Origin: Welwitschia mirabilis
Taxonomy: Eukaryota
Length of the DNA stretch: 64,000 nucleotides
Direction of reading: 5' to 3'
Assembly (NCBI GenBank): GCA_051453625.1
Contig: JBOZIK010000001.1
Span: forward strand, 284,883-348,882
Shown: piece by piece, positions 52,826 through 64,000 of the stretch
Numbering within the stretch: the first letter of the stretch is position 1
How the letters are laid out: each line of letters begins with the position of its first letter
Program-made: the position numbers and the translations under genes
Notes under the pieces: model-generated
What the model was told of the DNA's origin: nothing
Database searches by the model: none
What the model saw: the letters and a program-made list of their open reading frames with translations, nothing else

Positions 52826-54029
52826 TTAGCATTTACTAAAACTTCTATTATGTTTTTTTTTATTTTTCTTCATTTCCATAAATCCAATATATGTATATAG
52901 AAAAATTTATCACTTATCAACCTGACTAGTTAAAATAACTTCATTATGGGTTATCTTGATGATTCATTGTGAACTAAATGGTTGAAGTACTAATGATTTC
53001 AACTAATTCTTTAATAAATCTTTGATTTTAATTTAATGTTTTTACCTTATTTTAGGTTAAGAGCATCATAGTTTTCTACATTTTTCAGCATAATTTTTTA
53101 ATGTTTTTTGTATTTATTTCATAATATAAGCTTTTATCAACATAATTTAAAGAAAGCAATTAGAAAAATAATTCAATTTTGATTAAGAGAATATTTGTTT
53201 AGACTAATAAGTCACTTAATTTCTTGAATCCTTATAGTTTTGATGAAGCTTAATATTAATAGAAGAATCTATTCCTATCTTACTGGCAGTTAGCTTTTTA
53301 TCTTTGTTAATATTAACAAACTTGAGTAGAACTAATGAAAATAAGCTAGTCTTAATAAGAGAATCATTAGATGTAGTGTTTACTAGCATTAATTTCACAT
53401 GGAGTAACTAGTTCTCTATGATTAATGTTTTTTAAAGTTAAGATTTTGATAACATTAAATGTAAGGATGGAAAAAGACTTAATTTTCATCTTGTGGAGAA
53501 GAGAATGTTGCATATTTTTCTAGTCTTTTCTAGAGCTCTTTATCAGCTATCTTATCAGAGAGTTACCAATTCATTTATATAAAGAAAGACTAGTAGAGAA
53601 GCTTATTTGCTTTTGATCATTATGATTTTCCTTGTCTAACTACTAGCTTTTAATGCTTTGATATTTGTAGTTATTTCCATGTCCTGTGTCCTATGTCTTC
53701 TCCTCCTGTGCTATAATGAAGGCCTTTCCTATTTTTATTTACAATACCTTATTTTCTAGTTTGTCTATTGTTGAATAGACTTGTCTAGCATCCTACCTGT
53801 CGATGTATTCTTTCTTTCTCCAGTGATTTCTACCTAGATCTTCAACTATTGCTCTATATACTGGTGTCCCTTCTGTTTTCTTTGACTATTTTCCTTATTC
53901 CCCTACTAATCCCTTTAATGCTTATTTTTATCTCAACTTCTTATTGAACTAGCTATTAGTTAAATTTCTTACTTCTATTAATTTTCTAGATTTACATAAG
54001 AATCTAAGTAATGATGGATAAAGAAAAGC

Positions 54030-56091
54030 ACCATGTTTCTGTAATGGCTTTATAGATTCATGATTAGAAGGAGCTTTTAAATTTAATTAATTCAATCCTC
54101 TACTTGTATAGTGTGTCTTCCAACATTAATGTTAGCCTAAATGTCAAAGATAATTTTCTAGTAGGATAAATCTAAACCTCTAGGCATTTTTCAAGTTATA
54201 TGATGGCAGATGAATAGAAAAATATGTAGGCTCTATTTTTCTATTGGTGATACTATTAATGTTCAAAATAGCCTCCCATCCATATCAAAATGGATACTAG
54301 CATAGGATATGCAACTGGTAGATAAGGAATGCATAGTCAATAGAACCAATTTTTGATGAAGCATTTGAGTTTACATTAAGGTTACTCATTATTGAGTGTT
54401 CTTTCCAATCACTAATTACATCATCAGATACTCAATAATATCTATATTAGTACGTAGATCAACCATGAAAATGCTTAAAGATACTCTTATTATATTGTCA
54501 TTTGGGTTACATACCTATAAGCTTCCTTATCCAATGTTACTATTGCATTTGCATAAAGAAATAATTACCTTATAAAATATGCACATGCATTAGTAAGATT
54601 CCTTTTCTCTTTACATGGTAGGGCTTATGCATTATAATGGGGTTTGGAGGGATGAGAAATAATCATGTAATGTTGGAGCACTTGTAACATTTTATTCTTG
54701 CTTGTTGTTTCTACTTTGTAGCACTTTATTAGAGAGCCTATGATACAAGAGCAACATGATGTGAAAATAAGTGATATTCCATTAATGATTTCAATGGAAT
54801 CTTCATAGAAAGGTAAGATAGCACTACATAAAAAATATCAATAAACGTTGGCACAATGATATTGAAAGAATATGTGCAATGGGGTTATTCCTTATTTGTC
54901 ATGAATTAGATAAAGTCAAAAACCCCTTATGTATGTAGGATATTGAGAGAGAATTCATGTATTATGTGTCTATCAAAAAGGAGACTTAGAGTGTAGCTTC
55001 TAAAACCACTCCTCTAATCCCATTAGTTGAATATGTCATCATTTAATTAGAGAAACTAGAACTAGAGGCAACTAGGTTAGGTTAAATAAACTCAACAATA
55101 ACACTCTAATTTTTGTAACTTAATCAAATCATATGTATTTTGAAAATATCTAGTGTATAATGATGGATGTGTATAGAGCTAAGTAGGTGTTACTTACAAT
55201 GTCATCCTATAAATATGGCTAGGTTTCTTGTATTCTTTGAAGGTGCTCAATCAAGCCATAGACCTAACTGTTAAGTATAGTACTTAATTGTTAGTTCGAT
55301 TTAGCCTCTGCCTACCATATATAACATCCATTTGAATTAGAATCTTTTTCATTCATTGATAAATGTAGATTGTAGCATAAAATAGGTGGAAAGCATATGT
55401 AGCAAGCAATTAGTAAGTAACAAAATAGATCAGATAGAGCTATAGATTCATCAACATGAAGAAAGACCTATGATGTATTCCATGCTAAAAGTTAATGAGG
55501 AGTTAACTAGGTAGTTTACCTATAATCCTTTAAAGCTATATACTATTCTACTTAGATAAGATTTGTAGAATATATCTCATAAACCTTTATTCTTCATTAA
55601 GTAAAAACACCACCTAAATATAATTTGAGCATGACACATTGTGTTTCATAAAAATTCTTTTATATCCACAATGCTACCTAAAGGAAGAGCTTAGCCTACT
55701 GTATGGAAGGAGCTATAACTTACTTCTCTAACTTGCCTTTTTCATGGAATTTCACAGATCTATTCTGTAATTTTTTTCCTAACTCATACTGTTTTAGGCA
55801 TTTATTTGAAAAAATGCCTTAGAAGCCTTTAATAATTTCTACATAAAAATGCCTAAAAAGCGCTTTCAAGACATTTTTTTAATACAAATGCCTTAAAACA
55901 TCTTTTGAGGTATTACTTATTAAAATACCTTAAAAGGCTTTTAAGATGTTTTTATTTAAATGCCTGTAGACTTTTAAGGCAAGGCTTTGTAAGGTGTTTT
56001 ATGAAGAAATTCCTTGAAATCTTTTAAGGCATTTTTTAAGGCCTTTTAAGGTGTTTTATAAACACCTTAAAAGGATATATTTGTTGTAGTG
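54030..56091 (+). mobile_element. CACTA (En/Spm) transposon 3' end with subterminal repeats and eroded transposase
   Basis: Terminus ttgttgtagtg (reverse complement CACTACAACAA) ending at 56091. About 10 direct and inverted copies of aaatgccttaaaa in 55790-56075. Weak Tnp2/DUF4218-like HHLIRE trace at about 55037. The 5' boundary is not found. Confidence 0.75.
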
Positions 56092-58454
56092 TTTGCGAAG
56101 AAGGATTAATCCACTTAGAACAAACCACTGCAATTCATCTTAGAAGTGGTACAAAAATTAACCAAGGATTAACTCAGAGTAAATCTAAAGATGAGGGAAA
56201 GTAAAATAAAAAGACATAATTCATTATCAGAAATCTATACCTTTCCCCAATCTTTAAATAAAGAAAAGGTAATAGACTTAGAAGAATATTTGCCCACATA
56301 CAAAGAGCCTTTATCTTTTTCTCAACATCTTAGAAAGGAGAACATAAAAAAAACAACTTTAAGACTTATAAATTTTTAAAGAAGTTAAGATCATCATGCC
56401 TCTATTATAAGTGACTAGGAGGATGCCCTCCTATGAAAAATTCCTTAAAGACATGTGCACTATGAAAAGATGCATGAACATTAAGAGCAAAGCCTTTTTA
56501 ACCCAATAAATTAGTGTAATCATCTAGAACTAGTTTCTACCTAAGTACAAAGATCTAGATTATCTCACGATAAAGATAAAAATATTCAACAAGCCTTGTT
56601 AAATTTGGAAGTAAGTGTCAACATTTTACACCATTATATTTATAAGTAACTTGACTTACTAACTACTACTTCCTAGTTGACTTTATAGTTTTAGAGGTAA
56701 ACACAATAAAATGCAATTAGTGCTCATCATTTTAGAAAGACCTTTCCTCCTAACTTCAAATGCCTTAATTAATTGTAGGAATGGTTAAATGAAGATATAA
56801 TTTATTAGTACGATCTTGAACTTAAATATTTTCAATGCAATGAAATTATCATATGATCCTGAAAAGGCTAATTGGCTCAATAAAAATTGCAACTTTGAAT
56901 GTTCTCCTCTTGAGCCAAATATTTCCCATTCTTCATCATCGTTTGATTATTAGTTCTTTGATTTTGAATCTAATAGTCACAATATATTTGAGTATTTTGC
57001 AATAAGTAATTCTAAAATTTAGTTTTTTTCCTAAGGATAACTTTTTCATAAACATTCCATAACATCATCACCCATTTTACCATTCATTAACACCTTTCCC
57101 TATGTCAAATTCATTTTCAAATCACCTTGTATAACTCTCAAATCATTTACCTAAGCGATTTACTCATGATTTTTTGAGACTTATTGACCTAGGCTAATGG
57201 ACCTTCATCAAAAATAAATAAATAAGTGATCTTGTTATCACTTAAGTAATGGTTAAGATCGAGTTTACTTATGGTTTTTTAAAATAAACATATGCTTATT
57301 AGGATTTTGTTGGTTAGGAATGCATCCAATTAGGATCTGTGATTTTAATAAAACTTGGTTAAAAAAGATGGGATTTACTTTTGTACGTCCTCCTTAAGTT
57401 TAAAGCCTTTGATTCTAATGAGATTTGTCTTGATTAGGATAATGAGCCGATAACACCTAAAGGGCATAAAAATTAACTATGGGAAGATGAAGAAAATAAA
57501 ATAATAAGTCTCTTTCCAAATGCACATCACATTAATTACTTAATTAGGTTTAGTTAATTATACTAAGCTATAAATGCCTACGAGTAACGCGGCTCTAACA
57601 ATCAAATTGCAACATGTTCAACTGCATCAAGGCTATAAAATGCTTGTTGGCAATGTAGCATTGATTTCTACATAAAACAATGTACTTAACTCTATTGGAA
57701 GAAAAGCTTATAATGCTAGATGCTTAATATGATTTAAAGGCTTAAAAATAAGGACATATGCAAAGGTAGAAATAAAAATAAAGGAATGAAAAAGACGGGA
57801 ATTAGAGGCTTTATGTGAATTGTTGTCTTTTAACCTTCATACTTAGGATTTGTTGTAAGTCCTTAAATTTGTATAAGTTACTTGGTTAAAACTTCACTTA
57901 GCTGATATCACGATCCACTAAAAATACAAAAATATAATAAGAGTTGTTATCTTAGAAAAGTTTGCTTCTTTAATCATCGGTTGTTGATTAAGTCCTTTTT
58001 TCACCTGTTCATTTTCCATAATCCATTTTAATTCACTCTCATTTTTATGAGAAATAACTCATAAAAGCATTAACTATTTTTACGGAGTGATATTTTACTT
58101 AGCTTTTCACATTAACTAGTCTTTCTATTTTCATAGATTAGCTGGTTCATTTTGTATGATTTTTAATAAAAGAACTCATCATGAGCTATTTAAAACTTTA
58201 TTCTTAAAATAATTTTAAAACTTTTCACCATATAACTTTGAGGAAAAATTTGAGTTTTAGTTAGGAGGTACAACATCCTGTTTTAATCATAAAATTTTTA
58301 ATATTGATGTCTGAATCATAAAAATTGATTATAAAATTTTCCAAGTTATATTAATTGCACATATAAGTGCTTTCAACATAGATAGTTTTTTTATGTTTAA
58401 CTATTTCATTATTGAGTTTTTGCTAAGGAACTAGCAATAGACTAGTTAGGGGAT
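56092..58454 (+). mobile_element. Athila-like Ty3/gypsy fragment (gag C-terminus/protease, long 3' region, PPT)
   Basis: VKIIMPLL*VTRRMPSYEKFLKDMCTMKR, ALLNLEVSVNIL, IILERPFLLTSNALINCRNG (56385-56830). PPT-like tagttagggggat at about 58443-58455. Confidence 0.75.
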
Positions 58455-59489
58455 GTGTTAACATTGAAACATTGCCATTATGATCAAGTTTAATGACCAA
58501 TTAATCTTAATATAAGATATTACATTGATTTTATCATTAAAACATGTATTTTATTGATTTTCACATTAATTATGAACTTATCATATGTCTATGACATATT
58601 AAGGATAATTACGATCAATTAGAGGACATGTTTAAAGTTCATCATCAATTAGCATAAGATGCTGGGATTACTAGCTAGGACTACCAACACTGTTAGCCTA
58701 TCTACATAAATATCCTTGAAACTCACATTCCTAGTTTTTCATGGAGAAGTAAGATAGATGTAGTTATGGGCCCAATTTAATTCAACATCAAAATTAACTG
58801 ACATCCCTAATCACACATGGCAGCGATGATAAGGACTCACAAAGTGACATTTAGTAGGGCTGAGTAGGATTACAGTTGAGACACATGGCTTTGAAAGTAG
58901 TTAGTAACAACATCAGCATTGAAAATCTAAGTGCTTACATCATTTATTAATGTAGTACAATGAACTAGATTTAAAGCTAAGTTTAGACTTAACTATCATT
59001 CTCCCTTAGGAATAACATGGATTTGGGTTTAGAATTGTACTAACTAAACTTTAATGTAAGTTATAAGTTTTAAGAAAAGAAAAAAGAGAAAGAGATAATT
59101 TTAGAACTGGTTTTAAACTTCATCTTAAGAAAGGAGGGAAGCAAACTAGCTCCAAGGTATCGCTGATTCATTGTTAAGTAATCATTCACTCTAATGTTGT
59201 CTAATAGTATTCTTGTAAAACACTTCAAACCATCAAGTGCATTTGGTTCAAGTCATACGGCATAATCTCATCCACCATCTAATAAATGATGAATCTAATT
59301 AAAACTTTAGTCTTAAAATAATAATAGCAAATAAAAACTCCTAAAGTACTCAAGATCTATAAAAGTAAAAGAGTTCAATTAAGTGATTAAAAGGAATTCA
59401 CACAAGTAAAATAAACTTAATGATTAAAGTAATTATCTATGCATTCTAATTATAATTTTGCTTAAAAATTAAAATTAAAGAAAAATAGT

Positions 59490-62400
59490 ATTGAATCTAT
59501 AACCTTAGATGAGGGTGAATAGGATTTCAGAATAAATTTCAAAACTTCCTTCATAAAGTATTAAATACTAAAAATATTTGTGCATATGAAACAACAAAAA
59601 TGATGTAAAATAAAAATAACTATAACTAGAAAAATACCAATGAAGATTGATAAACACATGATTGATAGGGGTTTAGGAAATCCCCTCCTCCACTCTCAGT
59701 AATTAGCCTCTATTCAAGACTGATTTGGATTCTTATTGTTTACTTTCTAGGTTTCTCAGGTTCACCTGTAACCTTTTACGATCAGACTTTTAGAGGCTCA
59801 GTCTCAATCTTTAGAGAGAATGATTTTTGGTATTAATAATGTGTCATAATGCATAGGATTTAGCATATCTAAAGTACATCAAAGATAGTACTACATTATT
59901 TGAAAATGATGTCACAAATCCAAGTACATATAATGTAAACTAATTTACTAAAGAATTGATAATCAAAAGATGCTTGTTTGTTTTTTTGGTCAAGTTAGAG
60001 GACCACGATAATTTTGATAGCTAAGGTTTATATAGAAGATAGATTTAGGGTTTTACAAGTAGATATGATACTCTAATGGATAAAAATAAGAAGAAAATGA
60101 CTAGAAAATTCTTGTTTCCATTACAACTGCTCGACCCCTCAAAATGTCTGGTCGACCCCATTGAGTGCTGTCACTAAAGTTAGTCAACCCCATTTTCTTC
60201 TAGTCAATCTGAGTTCTTTACATCTTCAAGTCTTACTGACTCCATCAAGTATCTAGTTGATCACATATGTCCAGGTCCAGTCAACCATATTTTGATCTGG
60301 TTGATTCCATGTGAAGAATAGTTGAAAACATTTTTTAGCCTAGGTCTGGTCAGTTCTTTAGTAATCTGATCAACTCCTTGGTAAAAATATTTGACAAATT
60401 ATTATATAGTTCTAGATAATCCCTCAAGAATTGGGTTAACCCCTTAGTAATTTGATTTCAATACTTTTTAGTACAAGTTCAGCTGACCCCTTAAGAATCT
60501 GGTCAACTCCTTTAAGAGACCGTAACTTGTCAAGTTCAAGCCTGGCTAGTGAGAGAAGTAGTTTTCTTCTGATATGAAAGGATTAATATTTTATGTAAGG
60601 AATACAACATATTTTACTATATTATAAAATGTTAGTTTGACATTAACTTGAAAAATTATAACTTAATAATCTCCCCCTTTGACATTAATGGTAAACTATA
60701 CTTAGTGAAAACATTTTGCAAAAAAATATTGACCATTTTTTATCCAAATCAAGCATTCATAATGGTTTTCCAAAGAGATCCATCTATATTAAAAAAATTA
60801 AAATCATAGCTCATGGGAAATATAATATGTATTAATAGATAAGATAAATGGTACAAAATGCATTTCTATTAATCAGTTTTAAGAAGTAAAACTGAAAAAT
60901 ACTCATGAGAAAATAACTAAAAATAACAACTAACATGAGACAACAACTAATAATTGCTGATTCTATAACAACTATTTCTCTCCCTTTTGACATCAATGAT
61001 AAAGAAAAGAAAAAGGAAGTAACAGAAGCAGACTAGAACAACAGAAAATAATAGATGCAGCAACAATTTAATTTGACTCTTCTTATTCCTCATCCTCAGA
61101 TTCTTCTTCAGAATCTAGATCATCTTCTTCTTCTTCTTTGGTTGTTTTGAGCAGAGCTACCAACTTCCTTAGAAGTGTTAATAAACTCATACCATACTGC
61201 GATGAGTGCCTCTTTCATGTGCTGAGTAAAATAATCCATTCTCTTCAGGTATGATAAAGTTTCTTTAGGGAAGGCCTACTTTGAAGAAGGAGACATGGAA
61301 GATTTCTTAAATATGGAAAAAATCTGCATGCAGGACAAAAATGGCACATCCAATGGAAGACATAGGCATTAAGGCTTTAAGCTTGGGATGCATTTGGACT
61401 CTAAAATGATGATAAAGAGTAGCAATCAAAACAGAGTAAAGCAAAGCCCTAGTTTTATGATATTTTAATTGAGAGACCATATTTTAAGCATAATGGCAGG
61501 AGCATCAATGGAGTAACTAGTTCCTACCAAGTACAACAGGTAGGAATGATAGTTTGAGGTCTCATCCCAATGACCTGCAAGATGTAAAAAATTGTAAGTA
61601 AAAACTAAATGAAGAAAATGGTATCTTGGGATAATATAAAAGGTAAAAGAGTGGTTTTCCACTAAATGAGTTTTCCAAAAGGTTCCCTAGTGAGCTTCAC
61701 CTTGTCCTCCATGGAGTCATACAAGGGCTAAAATGCCTTATAATCTCTTTAAGGAAGATTTATAAGGTAAGCTATCAGATCTATGGGAACTTGAATTCTT
61801 CTTTCTAAAATAAGAATCATAAGGATAGAGGAATCTGCATCAAATAAAGCATTACAATAGAACATATGGATAATAAAAAGCTAGACTAACCTAGAAACCT
61901 TAAGAAAATAAGAAAGATCTAGATGATTTAAGAGTCTTATCACATTTCTCAACTCTCTAAGTTCCCCTAATGCTGTTGGCCTCTCTTAATAGATAGGCTT
62001 CTTTTCAAACTTCTCACTAAACTTATTTAGGGTCTCATCTAACATTCCAAAGTAAAAATATCCTAGATATTTACTTATTGTCTTTTTATGATGAGATCTT
62101 TTAGAGGGATCTTTTATCATTTAATAGCACGTAATACTTCCTAAAGACAAAGAAAATGGAAGAAGACAGCTGGATCTAAAAGAAATAGGTAGACAGGTAT
62201 GAATGAGGAAAGTAGGACTGCACAATATTTTATAAAAAGGAGTGATTAAGTTGAATTTGAAAAAAAAAAAAAACAGGTCCATCACCTTTATCCCACTCTA
62301 TAACCCTATAGGTCATCCAGTAATCCGTTGAAATTTGGACTGTGAAAATTCTAGGTTTGGTTGACTAGGACTCTAGTTCAATTAATCTAACTAGATTTAG

Positions 62401-64000
62401 GTCTGATCTAGGAAAGATAAAGTAACCAAGTAAAATTTAATTAACTCAACTTCCCTAGATCTAGTTGACTGAATGCAAAATCTAGTGAACTGTCCTACTT
62501 TGAGTCAGAGGATAAAGAGACAATTCTTAGTTCATGATGAAGTCTTAATAATTTATTAAATTTTAGGGATTTTATAATAATATCAGCTAGTAATTTATTA
62601 GTGCTAATAAAGTTCATAGAAATTTTGTCTTTTTCTACTTAATCTACAAGGAAATGGTGTCTTAGTCTAATATGTTTCATTTAATAATGTTGAACAAATT
62701 TATTTAAGATATTAATTACACTAGTATTATCACAAAGATTAGAACTATTTAAATTTAACTCCAAAGTCTTTGAGAATTTCCTTCATTCAAAGAAGATGGG
62801 TACAACAACTTCTTACTACTATATATTCTTCTTTTTCTGTGGAAAGAGAGATAGATTTTTGGTTGTTACTTGACCATTCTACCAAGCATGATCCTGAAAG
62901 AAAACAATTTCCACTGGTGCTTATAACCTGCCCACTCTGTATCACTAAAACTTATGAGCTTAGATAAAGTTTTTATAGGATATTATATCCTATAATCACT
63001 TGTGCCTTTTAGATATCTTATAATTCTTTTGATAGCTTGGAGGTGTGATTCCTTTGGTTGCATTTGATATCTTGGATACACAGCAACACTGAATATTATG
63101 TTAGGTCTACTTTTAGCTAAATATGATACACTTCCTATCATGCTTCTATAAAGTTTTTAGTCCACAAATTTTTCATGATCATTAAGACTGACTTTATAAG
63201 AAGTTAACATAGGTGTATCAGTTGATTTTGAATTTTATAGTTCAAATTATTTTATCAAGTTCCTTGAGTATTTAGATTGAGAGATGAAAATCTCATGTTT
63301 TATTTATTTAATTTGTAGACCAAGAAACATCTGAACTTCACCTAACATATTCATTTCAAATTATGTGGTTACAATACTAGCAAATTTTTTTAAGAGATAT
63401 TTTTTTGAGGCTACAAAAATTATGTCGTCAACATAGATTTAAATAATAATAAAGTCTTTTTTAATATTTTTGACAAATCAGTTTTATCCACAACTCCACA
63501 AGTATAACTATTTTCTTCAATAAATGTCGTTAGTTTTTCATACTAAGCCCTTGGAGCTTGTTTTAAACCATATAAGCCTTTTAATTCTATAGACATAGTT
63601 TGATTAGTGTGAATCTATGAAACCTTGTGGTTGTTCCACATAAACTTCTTCATTAAGAATTCCATTTAAAAAGGCACTTTTCACATCCATTTAAAAAACT
63701 TTAATGTTCTTAAAAGCTGCATAGGACAAAAACATTCTAATATTGCCCAGTCTTACCAGTAGAGCAAATGTGTCTCCTACATCTATTCCTTTAATTTGGT
63801 TGTGTCCTTGGGTCACTAACCTTACCTTTTTTTAATCACATTATTATGTTCCTTACACTTGTTCCTAAAGATTCATTTTGTTCCAATTACATTTCAATCT
63901 TTTGATCTTTTTACAATTTTCCAAACATCATTTCTTTTGAATTATTAAAGTTCATCTTGCATAGTTATCATCCATTCTTCAAAGGATTCAGCCTCTTCAA
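59490..64000 (-). mobile_element. SIRE/Sirevirus-like Ty1/copia: RT, RNase H, extra env-like ORF (about 62100-61060), double PPT, 3' LTR (about 60668-59490); runs off the window
   Basis: RT MDVKSAFLNG-like, LYGLKQAPRA, RP-like NIIFSV. RNase H SISLSTEKEEY, CDNTSVI, HHFLVD. PPTs aaagggagag (about 60980) and aaagggggagat (about 60670). LTR end signature gagggtgaatagg at about 59511. Repeated ggtcgacc-derived motifs at 60120-60520 and 62350-62490. Confidence 0.85.

Noticed and set aside
55790-56091. Regularly spaced short repeats resembling a CRISPR-like array
   Set aside because: Repeats occur in both orientations without unique equal-length spacers and end in a CACTA terminus; these are subterminal repeats in a eukaryotic genome.

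Overview
Land-plant nuclear DNA from a gappy draft scaffold. It is very AT-rich and almost entirely a graveyard of old, heavily C>T/G>A-eroded transposons around one intact GC-richer gene, a five-exon pectin methylesterase of the PME53 type (minus strand, 34672-32412, 385 aa). Recognisable relics are two L1 LINEs, an RTE-like LINE, a CRM-like chromoviral Ty3/gypsy element with both LTRs, an Athila-like fragment, a SIRE-like copia, an RT-less LTR element nested in an older copia, a CACTA 3' end and a foldback MITE. The most unusual signal is the minus-strand L1 at about 46731-52825. It appears to carry a third ORF directly after ORF2, resembling the accessory ('plant transposon protein'/env-like) ORFs normally seen in LTR retrotransposons. 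In the first 27 kb most N-gaps are flanked by about 90%-identical copies of the same sequence, probably two diverged copies interleaved by the assembly. All TE calls come from manual reading of degenerate motifs; boundaries are approximate and no database search was run.
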